Source: Eremomyces bilateralis CBS 781.70
Lineage: Eukaryota
Strand: one strand, 5' to 3'
Length of the DNA: 64,000 bases
Assembly (NCBI GenBank): GCA_010015585.1
Contig: ML975163.1
The notes beneath the pieces were generated by a model, which was not told the origin of the DNA, did not search any database, and saw nothing but the letters and a program-made list of their open reading frames with translations. Positions 11,037 through 23,293 of this stretch are shown here, one piece after another (the stretch's first letter is position 1; every line of letters starts with the position of its first letter). Made by a program: the position numbers and the translations under genes.

Positions 11037-12247
11037 ATGCTCGCTCAGCCCGTCCTCGCAGCAAATCCTTTGCGCGTAGTGTCGATGTACAAGGTCTTCT
11101 TGGTGATACTAGCGACTGGTATCTTCACGATTGGCATCATCTGCCTTCGATTCACGATCTTCCCGGTGAGCTTGGGCTTATCGATCGCGAAGCAACAACA
11201 CACCGATGGAACGTCCAATGTGAATGGGGGGACACAGAGCACGAAATACTTCAGTGAGTTGCCAGCTCCTAAACAACTAAGACATGACTTCTGATAGACG
11301 CAGGTGAGCCAAAGTAAGGATTTTCATGCACCGCAAGACAGTATCATACCGCCGAATTATGAATTAATGACTCGGATAGCGGAGATTGGCACTATGATGC
11401 TCGATATTACAAAGGACCCCTCTCGAACGAGATGAGGCAGGATGCTTTATATCACCTTATAAGGTCGTACTTGGACTTCTTCGCACAAAATACCCTCGAG
11501 ACATGGCTGGCACATGGTACGCTGTTGGGTTGGTGGTGGAACAAAAAGGTCCGCGAACGCGATACAAGCCCGTAATGCGCCGCCAGTGACATGACTGACG
11601 TGGACCAGATGCTTCCTTGGGATACGGACATCGACACACAAGTATCTGTACAGACACTGGAACGTCTCGGCTCGGAGTATAATCAGACCTTGCATCGGTA
11701 CGACGACTCGGTCTCGACGTCACGGTGGATGCGGAGGGCCGTTCAACGGGACTATTTCCTCGACGTGAACAGCTGGATCGGGGAACGGACATATGGAGAC
11801 GGCCAGAACGTCATCGACGCGAGGTGGATCGACGTCCGCAACGGCCTCTTCATCGACATCACCGGCCTGACTGAAACCGCGCCGGAGCGGAACCCTGGTA
11901 TGGTGCAATGCAAGAACAACCATTTCTATCGGGTCGAGGATCTGTTTCCGTTGACGGAGACCACATTCGAAGGCGTGACGGCGCTGGTACCGAACAACTC
12001 GGCTCGCGCTTTGACGGAGGAGTATGGAGAGCAAAGCTTGGTCTTGGAGCAGTTCAACGGGTGAGTGGTTCCGGAGTGAGGGTACACGATGGGGTCGATC
12101 TGACGAACTTGCAGCCATATCTGGAATGCGACTCTCCAGGAGTGGGTATTGCCCGGGACCGGGAGCAGCGGACCTCCGCACTTCTCCCAATTTGGGTCAT
12201 TAGCGGCGTTAACAGCGGCTTTGGATAAGGCACGAAATGGCACATGA
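11037..12247 (+). CDS. LicD-family nucleotidyltransferase (Mnn4-like mannosylphosphate transfer protein), type II membrane
   Basis: Exons 11037-11253, 11304-11313 (10-nt micro-exon), 11380-11548, 11609-12060 and 12115-12247. Motifs KYFSEP, HYDARY, TWLAHGTLLGWWWN, LPWDTDID, NVIDARWID and GLFIDITGL; N-terminal TM helix. The start could be the downstream Met (MYKVFLV). Confidence 0.85.
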
Positions 12248-12730
12248 TTGGAATAGTGCGCATGGATAGGATACCTGTGATCTCGGTGATTATGATGTGG
12301 AGGGTAGGCGAATGGGATCGTGTTTAGGAGCGAGTAGAGGATCTGACAACGGTTAATACTACGGGACGATAAATGGATGGATTTATGAATGCATCATGAT
12401 CTAATAGACCAGATAACCAGATACCAGTCGATTTGGTGATGGCTGTTTTCATGTTTTGAGCTGGAATGGATTCCGGTCCCCCGTAGGAAGTTGTGATAGA
12501 GTTGCGTTTATGGCACGCGTCGCTCGCTTTAGCAACGAAGTAATTATGACGCCACATCCCTTGGGAGCATCGAGCCCTGACTAAACTCCACAATTCTATA
12601 TCCGTGATGACCGAATGTCGAGGGGTGGCAAGTAGACATTTGGAATTGTCTCCAACAATGCCGAATCCTTCTATTGATTCTTCTTTTAATCCTCCTGGTT
12701 TCAATTGGTTCGACCTTCTCGACACCGTTC

Positions 12731-14814
12731 ATGCTATCTCGCTCTCTCCCACGACTCGGAGCCTCCGGAACTCTCAAAACGGCTTCTCGAACATTTAGCT
12801 CTCAGGCAATACGCCTCCAGAAAATGGCCGCGCACCTGAATTCAGGCAGCGGTGATGCTGCTGCTGCTGCTGCTGCTGCTCAGGATGGAGTCCCAAATTC
12901 CCCAGCCGGATATACGCTCCGCGACCTACCGAAATCGTCCGTCTTCACCTCCGCCCTCCCTGCCGACCCAGATTTCCCCACCCCGCAATCCTCGCATTCC
13001 GCACCGCGCTCCAACCTGGGCCCCCGTCTCGTCAAGGGGGCTTTCTACACATTCGTCCGGCCCGAAGGTGTCGAGTCGCCCGAGCTGCTCGGCGTGAGCA
13101 AGGCGGCGCTCCGAGACATTGGAATTGCGGAATCGGAGGTGGACAATCCCGAGTTCCAAGAGGCGGTGGCGGGGAATAAGACGTTGACGTGGGATGAAGA
13201 GAAGCAGGAAGGCATATATCCGTGGGCGCAATGCTATGGTGGATATCAGTTTGGGCAGTGGGCGGGCCAGCTCGGTGATGGGCGGGCGATTTCGCTGTTC
13301 GAGTCGACGAATCCGCAGACCGGGAAACGGTACGAAATACAGCTAAAAGGCGCGGGGAGGACGCCGTATTCCCGGTTTGCAGATGGCAAAGCCGTGCTAC
13401 GGTCGTCGATTCGGGAGTACGTCATCAGCGAGTATTTGAACGCCATCGGCATCCGCACAACGAGGGCGCTGTCGCTTACCTTGGCACCGAATTCCAAGGT
13501 CCTCAGAGAAAGGCTCGAGCCTGGAGCGATTGTATGCCGGTTTGCCGAGAGTTGGGTGCGCATCGGGACGTTCGATCTGCAAAGAGCCAGAGGCGACCGA
13601 GACATGGTGAGAAAACTGGCGGATTACGTCGCGGAGAATAATTTTGGAGGATGGGATAAGCTGCCGGGAACCGTGGCGGGGACCACCAAAGCCGAAGATT
13701 TCGAAACACCCAGGACGGGATTGGGGAAAGACGAGATCGAAGGGGAAGGCGTGAAGGCACAGAATCGGTATGTTCGGCTCTACCGGCAAATTGCGCGAGC
13801 CAATGCCCGTTCGGTGGCGGCATGGCAGGCATATGGATTTATGAACGGCGTGCTGAACACCGATAATACGAGCATTATTGGTTTATCGATGGATTACGGA
13901 CCGTTCGCGTTCTTGGATAGCTTCGATCCCTCATATACCCCGAATCACGACGATTACATGCTTCGATACAGCTACAAGAACCAGCCCACGATCATTTGGT
14001 GGAACCTTCTTCGTCTCGGAGAATCGCTTGGCGAGCTGTTGGGTGCGGGTGCGAACGTCGATCACACGGAGTTCGTCGAAGCCGGCGTGCGCAAGGAGGA
14101 CGCGGATGAACTCATCAAGCGAGCGGAAGAGGCCATCGAGAAAACCGGCGAGGAGTACAAGACGCTGTTCATCGAGGAGTACAAGCGCCTCATGGCTGCC
14201 AGATTTGGGTTGAAGCAATTGAACGGGACGTTGAGCCCGGAGGCGGGCAAATCCGAAGGAGGCGATTTCGATTCCATCGTCAGCGAGGCGCTCGATACCA
14301 TGGAAGCCCATGAGCTCGATTTCAACCACTTCTTCCGGCGTCTTTCCGACCTCAAGACGACGGAGCTCGAGACTGAAGAGCAGAGGAAAGATATTGCCGG
14401 GCGGTTCTTTTCCAGCAACGGGATTGGTGGAGATGAAAGCGAGGCGCGTCAACGGTTATCGAACTGGTTGGACAAGTGGAGGGCGAGGGTGGTGGAAGAC
14501 TGGGCAGATCTAGCCGACTCGGACCGGATTCGCGCCATGAAGTCGGCAAACCCAAATGTAAGACTTACCTAACCCATTGTACGCCCGTCGATACGCCACT
14601 GACATTGTCGCAGTTCGTTCCACGGTCATGGATCCTCGACGAAATCATCGAGCGGGTTGAGAAGAAGGGCGACCGAGATATTCTCCCGGGAGTCATGGAG
14701 CTTGTACTCAACCCCTTTGCCGACACCTGGAACTGGAACGAGAAAGACGAAGGCAGATTCGTGGGCGATGTTCCAAAGTACAAGTCGATGCTCCAGTGTA
14801 GTTGCAGCTCCTGA
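12731..14814 (+). CDS. FMP40: Protein adenylyltransferase SelO, mitochondrial (Cys homologue of selenoprotein O)
   Basis: Motifs YGGYQFGQWAGQLGDGRA, QLKGAGRTPYSRFADGKAVLRSSIRE, GFMNGVLNTDN and DYGPF; C-terminal CSCSS. Intron 14558-14613. Presequence-like N-terminus. Confidence 0.93.
12855..12880 (+). repeat. (GCT)n microsatellite encoding poly-Ala
   Basis: Run of GCT triplets encoding DAAAAAAAAQ near the SelO N-terminus. Confidence 0.9.
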
Positions 14815-15491
14815 GTTAATTTGGAGGAGATGGGGATCGTCGCCATACATGTTGGGGAAACGGAAGATGGACTCTAGATGGGCTCTTTCCCTGACTTACA
14901 TATCATATGATACCATGTACTCAATCATGATCTACTCACTGCAACCGATTTCACTCATACAATTTGGACCTTAGGAGAATCAGCACGTGATGTCCTTTGG
15001 CCGTATCGTGTGTAGGTACTGGCGTACATGTGTTTCGTTCTTCCCAGCGGGTTTCTTACGAGTGGTATTGAGGTGATTCAGTTCCATCCCAAGGCCTTGA
15101 GATTTGAAGACTCGTAAGCTGTAGTATCGGATTGATATTGAATTCCGGAATACCAAATGTAGAGGGTCGCTGTCGGTTGTCCCATCAACAGGAGAATGAA
15201 AATTTCATTACAGACGCTGGGTTCGTGCATGACTCAGCTGAAACTTAATAACTGGTTATTTGAGTGGTCAGCCCAGGCGCCCAGCGCCCCAGCCACGGCC
15301 GCAGATGACTAATCTACGCGTGACAGCAGCGGTATCACACACTTGCAGCGTGAGACTTCACTTCGCGTTGGTACAAACGAGTAACGATATCTCGTCTTCC
15401 TTAGTTTATTCCTTTTTTCTTTCACTCTTTATCCTTCTCCTTCAGGACCGACCATCTCTTACCAACCAAGTCCTAGGTTCACCCATGCGTC

Positions 15492-18400
15492 ATGAGTGAC
15501 ATCCAGGATTTGCTCACAAGGCTTCAGAGCCAAGATCAAGCTCGGAGATCTCATCCAACTGCCACCGCGCCCGATTATCAGGAACCCGCCGTTTCTTCCC
15601 CCATCTATTCTCCAGATCCCCATGGGCCTGAACCCCATCACCCTTCTGCGATCATGAGTCCCAATATTCCATCCGCGGCCAACACGCCAGACCCACAATC
15701 GACAAGTCGCACTGCGAGCCTCTTGAGCCTCCTTCGGTTCAACCCAGCAACCACCGGCCAGGCTCCCGCAGCACCAGCACGACAACAACAGTTCTCGCCA
15801 GAAGAGCAAATGGCGCAGAGCGTGCAGAATATCTATCCGCGAGCTGCGGAACCGTCGAAGGAGAACCGGGCAGTCTCGGCCTCGGACTTGGTGGCATCTT
15901 TTTCTAGGATGCCGACAATGCCTCAGCCGGCACAAACATCTCGCACGACCTCTTATCCAACCGATGTTAAGCCTTCAGCGTCTTCTGGATCCTTCCAAGC
16001 TCAGGATTATCTCCTCAAACTACTAAACCAAACCGCGAAGCAATCGACTCGGCCGACTCCCCCGGAGACTCAGACACCGAATGACCAGGTGCTAGATACC
16101 TCCGAAGATCAATCGACTGGAGAAGATCGCAGCATGGTTGGACATAGTGGAATCGAAGATCTCACCCAAAGTGTGGCGGACTTGAATACGACCGAAGGGA
16201 CACCGGGCAAAACACCCCACATCTTCGGAGCACAGGAGTCTCCGGCGACAGCGTTCGATATTGAACAACAGCAGAAAGCGCGTGGTAGCCCTTTCACTTA
16301 CGTCAATCCTTTCGAGCAGCTTTCCGCCCACCCCAAACCGGCCTCCAGAAATGGAACCCCACAATCGCTGTCACGCGCGGATCGAGAACCTTCTGCTTCC
16401 CGACAACGTCCACGTGAAAATGGCGATCGGGCAGAAACAGTTTCACAAGCTGTGAGTGAAGTAGGGGAAGCGGTCAAAAAGGAAATCGAATCTGCACTTG
16501 ACATTACTGCAATCGATACCGTTTATCAGAAAGACGTCGAGGAGACTCAACAAGCTATTAAAGAAGCCGCTCAAGAAGTTGAGCAGGACATCGACGAGAG
16601 TGGTGGTAAAGAGGTACTTATGGACGACGGCATGCCCGAACCGATGGCGGAAGCTTTCGACAGCACGATCCGTGACTTTGCTCACCCTCCTCAGGGAGCT
16701 GCTAGTCGATCGAGTTCCTCTGTCGAGGAACCACCGAAACAGGCTTCCTACGACGTTATCACCTACAACTTCCCTATGAAGCCCTTCGTCTCGATCACCA
16801 TCAAAGGATCTACCAAGCCTGCCGTGGAAATTCGGCCGGGCTCGGTGCTGGAGATCGCCCGCTTGAAGAAGGAATTCGATCAAGTGGACCGCAGTCTGAT
16901 CGCCGCATCGCAGAAGTTCATAATTTACGCCATTCCGAAGAACAATGGGATCCGTGTCATTCAGCAAGACTCTGGCAGCACTCAGCATCTCTTCCAAGAA
17001 GTGAAGTCGAGGGTGTTCAACATCGGCCTCTGCGTGTCTAAACACGGTAGCGCTTTGTTGGAGAACGAGACGATTCTTGCCACATCGATCGATGGCAATA
17101 CACTCTGGGCACAGCTCGCCAACCATAACAGTCCCGAGGGTCGTGCCGATCTCAGTGCCACGCGCTTGGTCTTCCCACCCTTCGGGGTTCAGGATGACCA
17201 TGCCAGCGCCGGCCAAATCAAGACTCGGGCGAAGCCGAGTTCTCGACACCCCGAGTATTTCGCGATCGCTCGCGGAAAACTTATCCATCTCTTCAAGCCT
17301 CATATTGGAGAGGGCTACGTGGTGAAGCAAAGCACCCGGGTTGTTGCTGTCGACGACTGGATCAAGGATCAACCCCGAGCGATCCACATCGGCAAAGCTG
17401 GGAAGGATTTCATCTTCTCCGAGGATGATTCGGTCATTGCGTCTTTGGACAAGCAAGGGATTGTGAAATTCTGGGATATCCGCAAGGCGACGTCGGACCG
17501 TGATTTCCAAGAAGTCAAGGAGCCGATCACTCAATTTGCTACGACTCGACCGTTCGAGAAAGCATGGCCTACTTCGGTTCTCTTCATTGACAAAGAACGG
17601 CCTTACGTTCGAGGCATCGCTCAGCGATACCTCGTCGTCGGCATGAAGCAGAATCACACCCTGCAGCTTTGGGATCTGGCTCTTTTGAAGCCAATCCAGG
17701 AGATCAACCTTCCACACAAGTCGGAGAGCGACCCGATCTGCAAAATTGCTTATCACCCCAAATCCAGCACGATTGTCGTGGGGCATCCGACAAGGAACTC
17801 CATTTATCTCATCAGTGTCTCCGCACCGAGATACAATATTTCCGCCATGTCCCAAGCCAAGTATCTTGCTCTCATTGCGGCCAATAGCGGCGAGATCCAT
17901 ATCCCGGAATCGACTGCTATTATGAATAGTATCAGGGAGATTTCATTGGGTACCAAGGGCCAGCTTCGAAGCTTCGAGATCCTGAATGAACCGGTTACCG
18001 GTTCTCCCGTTGGGACTTTGGAAGGGGAATCCTTGTTTGAACTCTATGTTCTTCATTCCAAGGGCATCACAGCAATTGGCGTCCGCCAGGATGATATGGG
18101 CTTGGATGATGATGGAAAGGCGAAGCACACCATTGACGCGGCTTCGGCCGATATCATCGCTATTGAAAATCTCAAAGAAATCCCGCAACGTGGGTCGCAG
18201 TCTGAATCCGCTCCCGAGGAACCAACTCGAGGACCTTCTTCATCGGTGAGATCCTCCCGAGAGTCGCGGACCAACCAAGACCAAACGCCGTCTCGAGCTC
18301 AACGGAGCGCACCGGCTGGAACGCCATCTGCGGTTGCGTCGACGCTGGCACGCGTGGAAAACAAACAGGATGCGGCGCGGGCTGCAATCATCAATGGAGA

Positions 18401-19875
18401 CAAGGGCGAAAAGGAGAAGGGCGGCGATCGAAGCGAGAGAAGGAAAAAGAAGGCCGCCAAACGTGAAGACGCACAAGTCGAAAATGGCGCGTCGAAAATT
18501 GCAATCGCCAACACAACTGCCGACACGGGGGCACCTTCACCTTCACCCTCCGCCTACGCTCTTGCTGCCAAAGCAAAGCAACCACCGACCTCCGCAACGC
18601 CTGAGAACATGTCGTCCTACGAACGTTCCATGACGGAATACATCGTTGGCGGGATGAATTCCGCCGTCGATGAAAAGTTGAATCAGCTTTACAAGAACTT
18701 CAACAACGAGAGTCGTGTTCAGAATGCATCCAATGCCGCTCGGCACGAGGCGGTCCTTAAGATGGTCGGATCCACTGTGGCAGAAACCACCGAACAGCTT
18801 CTTTCCAAGGTCATACAGGAACAAGTCCACAAGGATATCCTTCCACGCCTAGAGAGCGCAGCCCAGACTGCCGTCGAGCGAAGCACAGCGGACCTCTTCG
18901 CGAAAGAGCTCAGCAAAGTCACTGCATCGATCCCGAATCACGTTCGTTCTTCCATCGCCAACGCCCTCAATGACCTTGACAAACGCGTCGCGAAGAGCAT
19001 GTCCGGTCACATCGAAGCGAATCTCACCAAATCGATCCGCGACGCCATGACGCCAGCCTTCGCGAATATGGCCACTGGGACCGCACAGCAGGTTGCAGGC
19101 GAGGTCGATCGACGTGTTGGAGAGCATCTGAAGCACTTGGATGCGCGTCACCAGCACGATGCACTCCAACTCGACCAGCTCGTCGGGCTCGTCCGCAACC
19201 TTTCGGAGTCACTCATCTCCCTGACGAAGCAGCAGTCGGAGATGCATGCGGAGATGTACGGGGAGATAACTAAGCTGCAACAGAAGCTGGCTACGCTTCC
19301 CGAGGGTTCCGTGGTGTCCAGCGGAGCGGCGATGGAACCGCAGGAACTAACGGTGAAGGAGCCGGAAGACCCGGAGATCGAGATGATCACGGCGGAGCTG
19401 GGCCAGGGCAAATTCACCGACGCTGCTATAATGGTAAGTATTCTTCGTCTGCCCGCGACGCGATTGTTCGATCTGTGAGCGTGTTCTAACCTTTTCGTTC
19501 TAGTGGCTCCAATCCGACAACCAATCCGAGCTCTTCGACCGCGTTTTCATCCGCTTCGGCCCCGAGTTCATCGGGCAGCTCTCCCCGCTCGTCGCCCTCT
19601 CCATCTCCGCCGCCATCACCGGCGACCTCGACAACAACCGCAAGGACCGGCTCGACTGGCTCGAGGTGATACTCGCGCACATGAACCCGAACTCAAAGGA
19701 GATCGTGCAGTTGCTGCCGAAGATCATGGACGTGCTGGCGAGTCGGCTGCAAGGAGTGTATATGCAGTTGAACGAGGAGAGCCCGACGGATCCGACGCTA
19801 AGGAGGCTGAGTGCGTTGGTGAAGAATAGTCGGGAGTTGAAGCAGCACGCTGTGTATATGGGTGGGCAGGAATAA
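15492..19875 (+). CDS. EDC4: EDC4/Pdc1-like mRNA-decapping scaffold (WD40 propeller, coiled coil, short helical leucine-rich motifs)
   Basis: Long exon 15492-19433, intron 19434-19503, last exon 19504-19875. Motifs FTYVNPFEQL, YNFPMKPFVSI and IARLKKEFDQVDR; WD-like VKFWDI and LQLWDL; N-terminal LLSLL and YLLKLLN motifs. Confidence 0.75.
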
Positions 19876-20582
19876 ATCAGCGATGATACTGCTCGGAAGG
19901 AATGCTCGCGAAGTGTGCTTCGGCAGAAACATGCAAAATAGGTGGATAACAACGTGGCTGGATTTCGGTTTTGTTTTTCATTGTCGGGCGACACAATCAT
20001 GACCGGAAAATGTCTGATACCTCAGTGCGTTTTTCTCGCTTCATACTATGGCGATACATGGTGATCCTTCATCGAGTGGAAACGCCAATGGAATGGATCC
20101 ATGGTCGCCGTTTCGGTCTGTCCTTTAAATTTTCGCGCGGCGGCGGATGGGATTAATTTATCAGCAACTCATGAGAGGCCATCCCTACGAAACAGCTTTA
20201 TGGTGGCCTTCTCGAGGGAACTCGACAAGGTCGCCCCAAGCTTTAGATGGACAGCCTTCACGGTATAAAAGTTCTGGTCAACAGCGGTATTGTATTATCA
20301 TAGCGAAACAGGATGGCTTTCGGATAATGCAAATAATATGGGATTGCGTAAATTTTACTGCGTGATCAGTTTCGCCTCTCGTTCCGCAACTATTCGATAA
20401 TGATTCTATACTAGAGTATTCCTCAGTAAGACTGTTTCAGTATCGGCAGGAGACCAGAATGAGACCAGAACGTCTCCACGCTCATCGGTATCCGTCAAAT
20501 GCTTACGCTCACATCACGGAACGGTAGAACGGTGTCTCATTGTACCATGCGCCCTCAGTTTCTCTTACGACTTCAGTTTCCC

Positions 20583-22315
20583 TTACGACTTGAAGATCTT
20601 CTCGAGTAAATCAAACATGATATCCGCTGCGATCGATTAGCGTCCATTCCACACGAACTCTAGGTATACCACTCACCATGATGCTTCTGGAAGATCAACA
20701 TCGGCCTTAGCCGCACCGCCGACTCCCCGCTCCCCCCAATGTTCAACCCCACCGTCTTCCCCTTCATCAGCACCTCGTCCCGCCTTGGGCTGTCGAACGC
20801 GATGAACGTCCCCTGCCCCTGTCCGCGCAGATTCACGATCTCGCCCGGATACTTCTGGGCGAGCGCCGCAAGCCCGTTGTAGACGTAGTCGCCGACCACC
20901 CGCGTGTTCTCTACGAGGTTCAAGCGCTCGATCTCCTCGATGATGGCGCGGAACAGGATCGCACGCGCTGGGTCGCCCATCCAGGTGTTGAACTGGCGGT
21001 AGGGGAGGTTCGGGCGCAGGTCGTCGCGGCCGTAGTAGTATCCGGCGGTCTGGGCCTTCTTGCTGAAGGTCACCATGTCGGGGTGCATACCCTCGGGCAG
21101 GTTCCAGTGGTCGTGGGCCCAGAACTTGCCGGTGGCGCCGACGCCGGTCTGCACCTCGTCGACGATCAGCAAGATTTCGTTGTCCTTGGTGATCTGGCGC
21201 AGGCGCTGGAAGAAGTACGGGGTGGCATGGTTGTCGCCGCCCTCAGACTGGATGGGCTCGATGATCACGGCGGCCACGGGGGACGGGTTGTTCTTCAGGA
21301 CCTCTTCGACCTCGGCGAGGCAGCGGTCTTCCTCGGTACGATTGAACTCGACGTTCTCGGCCAGCGGGTACTTCAGCGCTGGGAACGGCGCCTGCGGCCA
21401 CGGGAACGCGGGGATGTCGAGTTTGTGGATCGCCTTGCTGCGGGTTGTGCTCAGGCTCCCGAACAAGCGACCGTGGAAGGCCTTCTTGAACGACAGGATG
21501 CTCATGTCAGGGCTACCGGGGCTCTTGTTGTCCATGCAGCTGGACTTCTCCTGCTCCGTGAAATCGACGTGCGGGCCTCCACGCCGCTGGAGGGCCTTCC
21601 ACATGAACGCAGCCTTGAAGGCGAGCTCGTTGGCATCGGAGCCGGTTGTCCCCGTGAAGACTTGGTGGAGGCCTTTCGGGGCGACGCGGAGGATTCCGCT
21701 GTGGAGGATCTCCGCCCAGTCGTGCTGCGGGAAGTTGCCGAGCGCGGGACGGTTGACGAGGGCGGAGGCCATTTCGGGAGAGGTGGCCGCTTTGAGGAGG
21801 TTGGGGTTGTTGTAACCAACCGGAATAGAGGCGATTTGGGCGTATCTGAAAGGAACGCATCAGCATTGTACCACGATCGAGAGGTGATGCATCGATAGGG
21901 TTGTCACTTACACGTCCAGCAAGACATTCCCATCCAGATCCGCGATGCTTCAATTGGTCAGTCAAACTTCCTTTTCTCGATTCCTTGGAGTGCCATACTA
22001 ATTGCCAAAGCTCTTCGAAAAATCGGTTATCATGTTCAAGCTCCGTGTATCAAACACCTTGTGCAACTCCTCCGCGGCCGCTTTGCTCTTCGGGCCTGGG
22101 ATTTCCGTTGTCTTCACAGGGCCCGTAGGCTCGCCCGGCAAGTAAGAAATCTCCGACATGTTTTTGGGTGTCGTAGCGAAGCGTCTGTAATTTGGCACCG
22201 ATATCGAGGTTATAGGAGAGCTCACGCAGCGGGCGGTATGTCGAGAGAGCTTCGTACCAACGCCCCTCGAGACGATTGGGCGGGCATGGGAGATATAACG
22301 GAGGATGGACGACAT
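20583..22315 (-). CDS. UGA1: 4-aminobutyrate (GABA) aminotransferase
   Basis: Class III PLP aminotransferase motifs GSDANE, AFHGRLFGSLSTT, EPIQSEGGD, DEVQTGVGATG, TFSKK and FNTWMGDP. Four exons (about 22315-21999, 21947-21911, 21845-20677, 20626-20583). Mitochondrial-type leader. Confidence 0.95.
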
Positions 22316-23293
22316 GGTCAAGGGTTCCCGCACGAGAATCAGACGTCTACTTCGGAGAGCAGCCCAGCAATTCGTATATGCAGGACGGGGGTATGCATGA
22401 AAGAAATAGATGAAGAGTGCATGTATCGCGACTTCGCGAGGTATGAGAGGAGGAGCTCCCCCGGCGTATGCGGAGTGATAGATTGCCAGGACAAGGTTAT
22501 GCCGTCAATAGGCGAGAAGGCGAGATGGGTGTTGGTGGGGTCAATGGACGATAGCGGGGGAATGTAGCGTCTCCTCAGTCCTCACGCTCCTTTCTTAGCT
22601 CTCTATCATCACTAGAAGCTGTTAGTAAAGGTGGTTACCATGCATCTGCCTTGCACACTGCAAAGCTTATCCGCTTATCACCATCTCATCAATAGTCATC
22701 ACACCAATGAACTAGCCACCCGGTTTCGTCTCCCGCTCCCGGTCGCATCCACTTACCGTACACGGTATCGCGTGCCGGTAAAGGCGTCCTGACCCTGTAA
22801 CGCGGTCGACATCGGGGACTTCGGGCGGGGATCCATGCGTTGTCGGAATGAATTCCTTGGACAGCGGGCCGTTCATCGGACCCGGGATGTCAGCTTTCGT
22901 TGGGATAGGACCGCCTCCACCGAGCCCGTGACCTGAGGACGGGTAAAAGAACCACTCGGATCAGAGGGAGGACTCGATTTTAGGAATACACGGACGGTTT
23001 GGATGGTTAGAGAAGAAGGACACATTACTTTGTCGTACTCTGTAGGTACTAAGGTGAAAAGGTAGACGAGACTTGAGACTGCTTGCTGTCCTTTCAGCAT
23101 GGGTATACCGGAATGCCTGTCGGCGTCGGAACGGTCCCTTTCCCCAGAAACCCCATCGGATGCATCTCAATTCCCACGCAACGCCCCCTGAAATTATATC
23201 CCTCTCCATCGCTATGGAAACGTAAATCAAGCGGTTTCCGTGCCCCCGAATACATCCGAAAAGGAACCCCAACTGTTCCGTGATCTGCTCGCA

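Noticed and set aside
14797..14814. TGA after CSCSS in SelO as a selenocysteine codon
   Set aside because: The Sec-equivalent position is already Cys and the TGA follows the usual terminal SS, so it is an ordinary stop.
16443..17900. 485-aa antisense ORF, and similar ones at 37824-38930, 21083-21898 and 25009-25752
   Set aside because: Shadows of GC-rich, codon-biased genes on the opposite strand; no recognisable motifs.
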